This document shows positions 1-7,384 of a stretch of 13,016 nt of DNA, piece by piece; the first letter of the stretch is position 1; each line of letters starts with the position of its first letter. The position numbers and the translations under genes were made by a program. The notes below the pieces were generated by a model that searched no databases, was not told where the DNA came from, and saw nothing but the letters and a program-made list of their open reading frames with translations. This DNA comes from Candidatus Bathyarchaeum sp. (GTDB taxonomy: Archaea; Thermoproteota; Bathyarchaeia; Bathyarchaeales; Bathyarchaeaceae), in NCBI GenBank assembly GCA_026014495.1, contig JAOZIF010000010.1:1-13016 (forward strand), read 5' to 3'.

Positions 1-1
1 C

Positions 2-328
2 ATTGACGACGCCTTGGGATGCTTCCCAGTTCACGCAGCATGTGGAGTCTGGGGGCTACTGGCAACCGGAATCTTTGGTGGAACAGCACTTGGAGCACAT
101 CCACTATACGGATTCGCAGACACGACAACATGGATTAATCAAATCGGAATACAGGCAATCGGTGCCGGTGCAATATTCCTATGGTCAGCAGTAATGGGAC
201 TGATAATGTTCTTCGCCCTAAAGAAACTGAACCTACTGCGGGTCTCAAGGGATGCAGAACTCTACGGGCTAGACATAGCACTGCACAAGACATTAGCATA
301 CCCCGAAGACATGATGGAAGACCAATAA
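2..328 (+). CDS. amtB: Ammonium transporter (Amt family), 3' part; truncated by the window start
   Basis: Frame is open from base 2: IDDALGCFPVHAACGVWGLLATGIF carries the conserved Amt His motif (DD...F.VHG..G.WG). It continues through the last TM helix (QAIGAGAIFLWS) and the C-terminal tail LRVS...E..GLD...H...AYP. Confidence 0.95.
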   Translation: MDDALGCFPVHAACGVWGLLATGIFGGTALGAHPLYGFADTTTWINQIGIQAIGAGAIFLWSAVMGLIMFFALKKLNLLRVSRDAELYGLDIALHKTLAYPEDMMEDQ

Positions 329-338
329 ACGAATGCCA

Positions 339-377
339 GCGCCTAAATGGCGCACCCCCTTTATCTTTTTTAAAAAA
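339..377 (+). terminator. Probable amtB terminator
   Basis: GCGCC-TAAAT-GGCGC hairpin (339-353) 11 nt after the stop, followed by a pyrimidine run ending in TTTTTT (366-371). Confidence 0.5.
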
Positions 378-443
378 GTATTGCGCTCTAATTACACAAG
401 TTAATACTACTTGCTGTTTTGTTTTTTCAGTAATAAACTGATT

Positions 444-460
444 CACAAAGATATTAAATA
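444..460 (+). promoter_or_regulatory. Candidate BRE/TATA for the surface-protein gene
   Basis: CACAAAG followed by ATATTAAATA (451-460). This spacing puts the TSS near 480, so the true start is probably ATG 490 or TTG 496 rather than 469. Confidence 0.4.
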
Positions 461-468
461 TAAGAAAG

Positions 469-3222
469 ATGTTTCCTTCTTGCGAGTGGATGCCTTTGAC
501 TCCTAGATCAACCAGAAACAAACTGAAAATCGTTTTTATTGTTAACTTGATAATCTTGGCAATCGCAATTCCCAGTTACCTGTATGTTGATTCGTTACTT
601 CCAAAACCTGCAACATTTGAGGTGACTGACTTAGTTTTTGATCAAAGTTGGGTTCAAGTTGGAACCCCCGTAGAAGTTTCGGTTAAAGTAACTAACATTG
701 GAGACAAAAGTGGTAATCACTCAGTAACCTTGACAATAAATGATGAGGCAATAGCGACAAAAACGGTTCAGCTTTCCGCGGCAGAAACTACAACGTTAGT
801 TTTTACTGCGACAGAATTAGATGCTGGAAATCACACTGTTACTATAAACAGTCTAACAGGGACAGTTAGAGTTACAGTGGAAGAGCCAACCAAGCAAGCT
901 GAACTGGAAATAACAAATCTTGGAGTTAGTCGAACCGCGGCTGAGGTTGGAGAAACCATAACAGTTTCAGCTACCGTAACCAACCTTGGAGATGTAGCTA
1001 GCGAGTTTTCACTGGAACTTTTTGTAAACGACGAAAAACAAGAAACCAAAAATATCCAGTTGGATGGTGGAGAAACCAAAACTGTAGAATTTGAGGTTAC
1101 TGAAGAAGCTGAAGGCGAATACGTTGTTAAATTAGGGACGTTAACTGTCTCATTTAGCGTAACTTCTGAGGCACAACCCATTAAACCAGCAGAGTTCCAA
1201 GTAACTGAGTTAACAATCAATCCTTCTTCTGTTCTAGCAGATGAACTTGTTGAAATCTCGGTTAAGGTAACTAATGTTGGAGAGACAAGCGGCACATACA
1301 CAGTTAACCTCAAAATCGATGGTGCAATACAAGAAACAAAAGATGTTACAGTATCTGGTGGCGCAACTGAACTCGTAGAATTTGAGGTGACTGAAACAAG
1401 TTCAGGTACACACACCGTTGAAATAGCCGACCAAGTCAACTCATTTACTGTTGAAAGTTCGGCTCCTGCTTCTGGAAACATAAAAGTGTACAGTTTAGCT
1501 GTAAAACCATACGAAGTTTGGGAAGGTGAATCAGTAACTATCAAAGCTAAAGCATCCAACTTGGCGAATGCCCCAGGTACCCTTCAGTTAAGAGTTTTGA
1601 TTGGTGGCGAAGTTGAAACAACTAAAACTGTTCAGTTGGCTGCCGGCGAAACAGAAGTACCAATTGAGTTCTCAGTTACAGCGGGGACACAAGGCGGTTA
1701 CTCCGTTAAATTGGTGAACCTTGGTAATCAAAGCAACACTTTATCTGGATATTTCCAAGTTGTCGAGAACGGTTTCCACACCCTTATTGTTTCCGCAAAC
1801 TATCAAGGCATGGAGTTTACTTTAGATGGGGTTAGCTATGATGCACCCTATTTTGAACTTTTGGAAGAAGGAAGTTACGTAATAACAGTACCTGATGGTT
1901 TTGAGTATGCAGGAACTTTTTGGAATTTCACTAGCTGGGATGATGGATCAATAAGCCTTACTAAAACGATAGAATTAGACAGTCGTGTTTCTGTTACTGC
2001 AAGATATGTTAACACAAAATCGTGTCCTTCACTGTATGTTTGGGATGGAAACGAGTACTTGTACACCGCGGAAATATCTGATGGTACTGGATATTTGGGA
2101 ATTTTTGATTACTTCCGAGAAGATGGAAGTCTTTCATTCCTTTATAGTGTTCCTTGGGACTACACTAAATTGAATTCAACCCGAATTGAACCAAAAGATG
2201 GATACTATGACATGACCATCACCCAAAAATGGGATGAAATTTCATACATAGATTCTGCGACATTAGTGTATGTTGACCACGCCTCTGATGTAGATGTCTT
2301 TTCAACCAAAGCCACGTACTTGTATGAACTTGACGAACAAGGCACAATTTACACTGTCAGCAAAGACCCTGATTCCCCAGTTTCCTGCGTCACCGGAAGC
2401 GGAGAAGATGTTTTATCTTTGATTTCGGAACGTGACGGAAACACTACAAAAGGTAACGAATTCACATGGGATACCTTGGAACTAGACTTGGGTGACCTTT
2501 CTGATGCAGAAGAAATCAAACTAATAGTTGCTGGAACAATAATCTACTCTACAGGCGAAGACCAAGGAGCCTGGGCGGGACAATTCTATGACCAACCTGG
2601 TGAGCAGCCATTTCCTCCACCTTACATGGAAGTTAAAGATGCTGAAGGCAACTGGATTGCTGTTGCGGATAACATGCAGTTCCCGTTACTTGATGTTACG
2701 CCCGACTGTTTTGTTGTAAACTTAACGGGAGTCTTTTTGACCGATGATTACTCCCTTAGAATACACACTTTCTTCAACACAGAATTCGATTATATTGCAG
2801 TGGACACAACAACACAACAACCAGACTCCATAATAGTTGATGAAGCGCCTATTTCATCTGCTTTGCTCTCTCAAGCTTTCACAACAAATTCTACTTCAAC
2901 TGGTAATTTCACGCGATATGGCGACGTAACTGAGCTGTTGTTAGATGCAGACAACGAATTCGTTATAATGCGCCAAGGAGACGAAATAACCATTCAGTTT
3001 TCCACTGACTTGCCTCCAGTTCCTGAAAACATGGAACGTGACTACTTCTTAGTTGCTAGTGTCTGGTTCAAAGTTGATGGCCTGTTTTACGTGGACTTCA
3101 CTGTAGACCCACTGCCGTTCCATGAAATGACTTGCTTCCCTTACACTGAACCAGAAAGCTACCCTGAAGACCTTCAAAGCTACCTACAAGAGTACAATAC
3201 CCGAGTAATAGAGAGCCCATAA
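469..3222 (+). CDS. Membrane-anchored cell-surface protein: N-terminal signal anchor, 4 CARDB-like Ig repeats, a PEGA-like linker domain and a ~400-aa unnamed C-terminal domain
   Basis: Basic N-region plus hydrophobic IVFIVNLIILAIAIPSYLYV. Four ~92-aa repeats with V.V.VTN.G...G...V.L.I.......K.V.L..GE...V.F. Acidic, Thr/Val-rich composition with 9 N-X-S/T sequons. C-terminal part starts at SCPSLYVWDG (aa 518) and ends in YNTRV. Start may be 490 or 496. Confidence 0.85.
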   Translation: MFPSCEWMPLTPRSTRNKLKIVFIVNLIILAIAIPSYLYVDSLLPKPATFEVTDLVFDQSWVQVGTPVEVSVKVTNIGDKSGNHSVTLTINDEAIATKTVQLSAAETTTLVFTATELDAGNHTVTINSLTGTVRVTVEEPTKQAELEITNLGVSRTAAEVGETITVSATVTNLGDVASEFSLELFVNDEKQETKNIQLDGGETKTVEFEVTEEAEGEYVVKLGTLTVSFSVTSEAQPIKPAEFQVTELTINPSSVLADELVEISVKVTNVGETSGTYTVNLKIDGAIQETKDVTVSGGATELVEFEVTETSSGTHTVEIADQVNSFTVESSAPASGNIKVYSLAVKPYEVWEGESVTIKAKASNLANAPGTLQLRVLIGGEVETTKTVQLAAGETEVPIEFSVTAGTQGGYSVKLVNLGNQSNTLSGYFQVVENGFHTLIVSANYQGMEFTLDGVSYDAPYFELLEEGSYVITVPDGFEYAGTFWNFTSWDDGSISLTKTIELDSRVSVTARYVNTKSCPSLYVWDGNEYLYTAEISDGTGYLGIFDYFREDGSLSFLYSVPWDYTKLNSTRIEPKDGYYDMTITQKWDEISYIDSATLVYVDHASDVDVFSTKATYLYELDEQGTIYTVSKDPDSPVSCVTGSGEDVLSLISERDGNTTKGNEFTWDTLELDLGDLSDAEEIKLIVAGTIIYSTGEDQGAWAGQFYDQPGEQPFPPPYMEVKDAEGNWIAVADNMQFPLLDVTPDCFVVNLTGVFLTDDYSLRIHTFFNTEFDYIAVDTTTQQPDSIIVDEAPISSALLSQAFTTNSTSTGNFTRYGDVTELLLDADNEFVIMRQGDEITIQFSTDLPPVPENMERDYFLVASVWFKVDGLFYVDFTVDPLPFHEMTCFPYTEPESYPEDLQSYLQEYNTRVIESP
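601..1761 (+). repeat. Four tandem CARDB-like domain repeats (protein level)
   Basis: Repeats begin at about aa 45 (nt 601, PKPATFEVTDL), aa 142 (nt 892, KQAELEITNL), aa 239 (nt 1183, KPAEFQVTEL) and aa 336 (nt 1474, GNIKVYSL), i.e. 97-codon spacing. The DNA sequences have diverged. Confidence 0.8.
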
Positions 3223-3246
3223 CAAAACTAGTTGGCTCTCTTTTTT

Positions 3247-3561
3247 CTATGTCTTTTTAGCTAGTGCCTTCAATGTTCCAGAGACACCCACAACATGGAT
3301 AACAGCTGGTTTTCCGTTTATCTCAACAGTTGAGGCAATTGAGGCTCTAACCTCTTGAAGCATCAAATGAGAACAGCGAATCACTAAATGGCTTTTCTCG
3401 GGAACTTCTTTTATCAATTTGATTTTTGTTTTGCTGGCACCATACTCGCCAAAAAGTCTACAAACCGAAGATTGAATTGCATCTAACACTGCCTCTTTGC
3501 CAAGGGCCTGTTCGCTCACAGCTTTTAGAGCTAAGTACCGCCTTTTTTCTCTTTTAATCAA
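3247..3561 (-). CDS. rnp2: Ribonuclease P protein component 2 (Pop5/Rpp14 family)
   Basis: N-terminal KRRYL motif, FGE.G, IRC and C-terminal VSGTLK.L. Overlaps the rpp30 stop, as in the conserved archaeal gene order. Confidence 0.93.
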   Translation of the reverse strand: MIKREKRRYLALKAVSEQALGKEAVLDAIQSSVCRLFGEYGASKTKIKLIKEVPEKSHLVIRCSHLMLQEVRASIASTVEINGKPAVIHVVGVSGTLKALAKKT

Positions 3562-4285
3562 CGGTTTTCATTCCTGTAACACGTATTCCTGGAGCCACGT
3601 ATTCTGGGCTCAGTTTTGCCCTGTTTCGCTCAACAGTAACCAGAGGAGTTTCTGACAGCGCTTTTAATGCAGAAGACAACTGCAAGTCAAAAACGGTTGC
3701 TAGTGCAGCGTAGTCTCTGGGTCCACGCATGAGCATTTCAGTTGTTGCGCCGCTAGAGAGAGTTATTGGTACTTTTGTTCTTTGTGCTATTGCCGTTTCT
3801 CTTTGTAGACACGATAGGAGACGAATTCTAGAAAAACTTGTTAACTGTAATAGGGGCGCTAGTTCGATTTCGAGTGATGATAGTGCCTGTGAAGCAAGTT
3901 CAGCTTCTTGTTTGTCAAAGAATCTTTGACGAAGATTTGTAACAGAAAACTGTAAGAGGTCTACTCGTCTGTCTTTGGCTGCTTGTCTGGCAACATCTTT
4001 TGTGTAGCATCTTACGGCTATAATTTCAAAATTTCTTCTACAGTGACGCAGATCATGAAGCAGTTCGTTTGAGTTTCTTGGAGAAAGATTTGTTCTTGAA
4101 ACAAAGTCTATTTTTGCTTGGTTGCAAATGTGCTGTAATTGTTTTATTTGATTTCGTGTAGTGTTGGGTGGAAACGGTATAGCAACTAAACTGTAGCCTA
4201 ACTCAGATGCTTTTTGCACCATTTTTTCTGATTGAACAATATCATTAGGGGGTACCCGAAGATGAAGGTCAGCAAATTGTTTCAT
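3554..4285 (-). CDS. rnp3: Ribonuclease P protein component 3 (Rpp30)
   Basis: PHP-like start FADLHL, A..LGY, R..A....VDLL, LEI.L..LL, SSGA...MRGPRD. Lies between DUF54 and pop5 with an ATGA overlap at 4282-4285. Confidence 0.93.
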   Translation of the reverse strand: MKQFADLHLRVPPNDIVQSEKMVQKASELGYSLVAIPFPPNTTRNQIKQLQHICNQAKIDFVSRTNLSPRNSNELLHDLRHCRRNFEIIAVRCYTKDVARQAAKDRRVDLLQFSVTNLRQRFFDKQEAELASQALSSLEIELAPLLQLTSFSRIRLLSCLQRETAIAQRTKVPITLSSGATTEMLMRGPRDYAALATVFDLQLSSALKALSETPLVTVERNRAKLSPEYVAPGIRVTGMKTVD

Positions 4286-4731
4286 TGTAACATCCCAATT
4301 TCTTTACAAGCGTCGATTACATCATCACGTTTAGTTTTCCTGAATCTTATGCGTATACGGATTGGGTCGGATGTGACAAGTTTAATTTTTCCTTGAAACG
4401 CAGCTTGCTTGTCCAGTCGAATGTAGAGACTCCCTTTGTCAACACACCTGTTTATTGTTCGGCTTAACTCATCTTTATCAAAAGAACCAAGGCTAGCTGA
4501 CAGATTTTCAACTATTGTTTTAATAATTTCTTTATCTTTGATCCTTGCTTCGAAAAATGTTATGGGATTACCGTAATGGCCCTCTAAGACACTTCTGTTA
4601 AATTGTATGTCTTCAAACTGATCTGTTGGCAAAACAGTCTGAACTGCCTCAACCACTTTGTCTATATCTTCGGTGGCGTGGGCACAGAATCGAACATCAA
4701 CATAAGCTATGGGCAACTGAGCCAAACACAT
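4282..4731 (-). CDS. DUF54 / RNA_binding family protein of the archaeal RNase P-exosome superoperon
   Basis: F.HATED..KV..A, EGHYGNPI, LYIRLDKQAAF and DPIRIRI motifs, in the canonical position between rpl15e and rpp30. Start may be TTG 4725. Confidence 0.9.
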   Translation of the reverse strand: MCLAQLPIAYVDVRFCAHATEDIDKVVEAVQTVLPTDQFEDIQFNRSVLEGHYGNPITFFEARIKDKEIIKTIVENLSASLGSFDKDELSRTINRCVDKGSLYIRLDKQAAFQGKIKLVTSDPIRIRIRFRKTKRDDVIDACKEIGMLQ

Positions 4732-4738
4732 CTCACTC

Positions 4739-4781
4739 TCGCATCAAAACTCTATGCGACACTTGATATAAATATGTCAAG
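4739..4781 (-). promoter_or_regulatory. Internal promoter of DUF54-rpp30-pop5 with two inverted repeats
   Basis: Minus-strand TTTATATC (4765-4772) sits inside CTTGATAT-AAAT-ATGTCAAG (4762-4781, 1 mismatch). A second IR, TCGCAT-N9-ATGCGA (4739-4759), covers the expected TSS. Confidence 0.5.
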
Positions 4782-4787
4782 CTGAAT

Positions 4788-4856
4788 AAAACAAAAAACA
4801 GTTAAATAAAAAGAAATTTTGCGGGTGCACTTTTCCAAAAAAACTTGGATGCACCC
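4788..4856 (-). terminator. rpl15e terminator
   Basis: GGGTGCA/TGCACCC (7 bp) plus TCCAA/TTGGA (5 bp) stem at 4823-4856, followed on the minus strand by several oligo-T tracts. Confidence 0.65.
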
Positions 4857-4867
4857 TATCGCTCAAA

Positions 4868-5431
4868 TTATTGTTTGATGCGTTTGTTTCGAGCTGCTTT
4901 TTTGCTTGGCCTAAACTTTTCTGCACCTAATCCTCTGTTGTGCAGTCCACGCGTTTGTTTCCCTGCGCTGGTTAAGCCACGGAACACACGCCTTGTTTGA
5001 CATGCTATTGGATGATCAGGTAAAATCATAGGGTCAATAAGTATGACTTCGTACCACTTGTAGCGTCCATCTTCCCATACCCAGTATGAGTTTAGAACCT
5101 CCAAGTTCGGGAAGCGCCTAGCAACACGTTCTTCGGCAATCAATCTCATGTTTTTGCCGACTTTGAATTTTGTTACACCCAACCGCTTTTGTCTACGGCC
5201 TCCAGTTGGTCGGGTTTTCCTGAATCCTGACCGTCTAACGCGAACTCGAGCCATTACTATACCTTGCTTAGCCTTGTATCCAAGGTTTCTTGCACGATCT
5301 AGTCTAGTTGGTCTTTTGATTCTTACAATTGCGGGTTGTTTGCGCCATGTTATGGCTCTTTGCCACATTAAATCTTTGACAAATGATTCATCTGGCTTTT
5401 TCCAAGCTTTTGCAATATATTTGTATGCCAT
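4868..5431 (-). CDS. rpl15e: 50S ribosomal protein eL15
   Basis: MAYKYIAKAW, RI.RPTRLDRAR.LGYKAKQG, AEERVARRFPNLEVLNSYWVWEDG.YKWYEVIL.DP, RVFRGLTSAG..RGL. Confidence 0.98.
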   Translation of the reverse strand: MAYKYIAKAWKKPDESFVKDLMWQRAITWRKQPAIVRIKRPTRLDRARNLGYKAKQGIVMARVRVRRSGFRKTRPTGGRRQKRLGVTKFKVGKNMRLIAEERVARRFPNLEVLNSYWVWEDGRYKWYEVILIDPMILPDHPIACQTRRVFRGLTSAGKQTRGLHNRGLGAEKFRPSKKAARNKRIKQ

Positions 5432-5490
5432 TTCTTATTCCTCACATTCTTTCGGTTCAACCCGTTAACGGGTCACATCCCATAGGAACT
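5432..5490 (-). promoter_or_regulatory. Structured 5' leader of rpl15e (candidate ribosomal-protein leader)
   Basis: Predicted ~58-nt UTR GUUCCUAUGGGAUGUGACCCGUUAACGGGUUGAACCGAAAG...GAGG containing a perfect 14-bp palindrome ACCCGTTAACGGGT (5460-5473). Confidence 0.5.
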
Positions 5491-5512
5491 TGTAGCTAAG
5501 AAACAAAGACAG

Positions 5513-5527
5513 TTAATAAACCTTTTT
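5513..5527 (-). promoter_or_regulatory. BRE/TATA of rpl15e
   Basis: Minus strand reads AAAAAGG-TTTATTAA, which puts the TSS near 5490. Confidence 0.65.
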
Positions 5528-5568
5528 AGAAACGGGAAATTTTTGGGGTAATCTGGAAGACTAGATGC

Positions 5569-5583
5569 TGTTACATTGTAACA
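5569..5583. promoter_or_regulatory. Perfect 7-1-7 palindrome, candidate operator upstream of catalase
   Basis: TGTTACA-T-TGTAACA in the divergent rpl15e/katA intergenic region. Confidence 0.5.
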
Positions 5584-5665
5584 TTAATGGGTTAGATGTG
5601 GTATATCTATAAAAATCAAAACGTTAAAAAGAACTGCATCCCTATAACTTATGGGGTTTTTCTGA

Positions 5666-7117
5666 ATGAGTGATAAACAGAAGAGATTAACAAAAAATTT
5701 TGGTAGGGTTGTAGATAACGACCAAAATTCTGTTACAGCTGGAACACGTGGGCCAGTCTTGTTACATGATGTTCATTTGATTGAAAAATTGGCTCACTTC
5801 AACCGTGAAAGAATACCCGAACGCGTTGTCCACGCCAAAGGTGGGGGTGCAGGAGGATACTTTGAGGTTACAAATGACGTGACCAAATACACAAAAGCAA
5901 AGTTTCTTTCAGATGTGGGTAAGCGCACAGAAGTTTTTGTACGCTTTTCAACAGTTGGCGGAGAAAAGGGGTCAGCAGACGCTGAACGTGACCCTAGAGG
6001 ATTCGCCGTAAAATTCTACACCGAAGACGGGAACTACGACCTTGTTGGAAACAATACACCAGTATTCTTTATTCGTGACCCACTCAAGTTTCCAGACTTT
6101 ATTCACACCCAAAAGCGCAATCCAAAAACTAACCTCAAAGACGCAAACATGTTCTGGGACTTTTTGTCATTAACTCCAGAATCGCTTCATCAGGTAACTA
6201 TTTTATTCTCTGACAGGGGAACGCCCAGATCATTTCGTAACATGAACGGGTATGGAAGCCACACCTTCAAGTGGTACAACCAAGATGGAGAATCATTTTG
6301 GATTAAATACCATTTCAAAACAGATCAAGACATAAACAATTTCACGCGACAAGAAGCCGAACAAATAAAAGGAGTAGATCCAGACAGCGCCACTAGAGAC
6401 CTTCATATGGCAATCAAGAATGGAGATTTTCCATCGTGGACGCTTCAAGTGCAAGTAATGCCTGTAAAAGATGCTGAGACATACAGATTTGACGTTTTTG
6501 ACGTAACTAAAGTTTGGCCCCACGGAGACTATCCAGTAATGGAAGTTGGACGAATGGTACTGAACAGAAACCCTTCAAACTATTTTGCGGAAGTAGAACA
6601 GGCAGCGTTTTCCCCCGGTAACTTTGTTCCTGGCATAGCAGCTTCACCCGATAAGATGCTTCAGGGTCGCCTGTTTGCTTACCATGATGCACACCGTTAC
6701 CGTTTGGGACCAAACTATCACCTGTTGCCTGTAAACAGGCCTAAAGCCGCAAAAGCACTAAACTATCAGCGCGACGGGTACATGCGTTTTGATAACAATG
6801 GAGGGGATGCTCCAAACTATTATCCTAACAGTTTTGGGGGTCCAGAACCTGACATAAAAGCAGCTGAGCCAGCGTACGATGTTTCAGGGAAAGCTGCACG
6901 ACAAAACTATGCTCATCCTAACAGCGATTTTGTGCAGTCTGGAGCTCTTTACCGAAAAGTTATGACCGACCAAGACAGAAGCAACCTAATTGGAAATATA
7001 GTAACTCATTTATGCAATGCCAAAAAAGAAATTCAGATCAGGCAAACAAAAATATTCTACAAAGCCGACCCAGAGTACGGACAACGCGTAGCTGATGGAC
7101 TAAACATAAACCTGTAG
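5666..7117 (+). CDS. katA: Monofunctional heme catalase, small-subunit type
   Basis: [15 protein letters not shown] (distal His), [23 protein letters not shown] (Asn), [16 protein letters not shown] (proximal Tyr). 483 aa. Confidence 0.98.
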   Translation: MSDKQKRLTKNFGRVVDNDQNSVTAGTRGPVLLHDVHLIEKLAHFNRERIPERVVHAKGGGAGGYFEVTNDVTKYTKAKFLSDVGKRTEVFVRFSTVGGEKGSADAERDPRGFAVKFYTEDGNYDLVGNNTPVFFIRDPLKFPDFIHTQKRNPKTNLKDANMFWDFLSLTPESLHQVTILFSDRGTPRSFRNMNGYGSHTFKWYNQDGESFWIKYHFKTDQDINNFTRQEAEQIKGVDPDSATRDLHMAIKNGDFPSWTLQVQVMPVKDAETYRFDVFDVTKVWPHGDYPVMEVGRMVLNRNPSNYFAEVEQAAFSPGNFVPGIAASPDKMLQGRLFAYHDAHRYRLGPNYHLLPVNRPKAAKALNYQRDGYMRFDNNGGDAPNYYPNSFGGPEPDIKAAEPAYDVSGKAARQNYAHPNSDFVQSGALYRKVMTDQDRSNLIGNIVTHLCNAKKEIQIRQTKIFYKADPEYGQRVADGLNINL

Positions 7118-7147
7118 AAACAAAAAAGGGAAGGCGCCAATCTCCTT
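7118..7147 (-). terminator. Probable terminator of the minus-strand small-ORF transcript
   Basis: Minus strand AAGGAG-ATTGGCG-CCTTCCC followed by TTTTTTGTTT, directly abutting the catalase stop. Confidence 0.4.
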
Positions 7148-7255
7148 ACGTTTGGTCAGATTCAGTAGGTGGAGCGGTATCAATCATGTATGTTTGCTGA
7201 TTAATCTTAAGGTTGATTCACGCCCACTTTGCGGAGTGTTTTAGCTCTGTTCACT

Positions 7256-7384
7256 CTACTTTTTCTTATGTTTTGCAGGAAGAGCAACGTTCTTTTTTTC
7301 TTTTTTCTTCATTTTCTTTGCTCTTAGTGCTTGTCTATGCTGTTCTAGACCTGCAGTTTTTGCTTTTTTGCTGTTCTTAGTCAA
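7256..7384 (-). CDS. Unannotated 42-aa Lys-rich small protein (MTKNSKKAKTAGLEQHRQALRAKKMKKKEKKNVALPAKHKKK)
   Basis: TTG start at 7384 with GGAGGT (7391-7396) 6 nt upstream, TTTTTAAA TATA at 7426-7433 preceded by purine-rich GATAAACA, TAG stop at 7256-7258. Below the 60-aa cutoff of the ORF track. Confidence 0.75.
   Translation of the reverse strand: MTKNSKKAKTAGLEQHRQALRAKKMKKKEKKNVALPAKHKKK

Noticed and set aside
135-521. ORFs 3..194, 135..521 and 181..441 overlapping amtB and its spacer
   Set aside because: They overlap a confidently identified gene in other frames, cross its terminator, and show no family motifs or RBS.
831-1559. 242-aa antisense ORF inside the surface-protein gene
   Set aside because: Shadow of Thr/Val/Glu-biased codons on the sense strand; Ser/Thr/Val-rich with no motifs.
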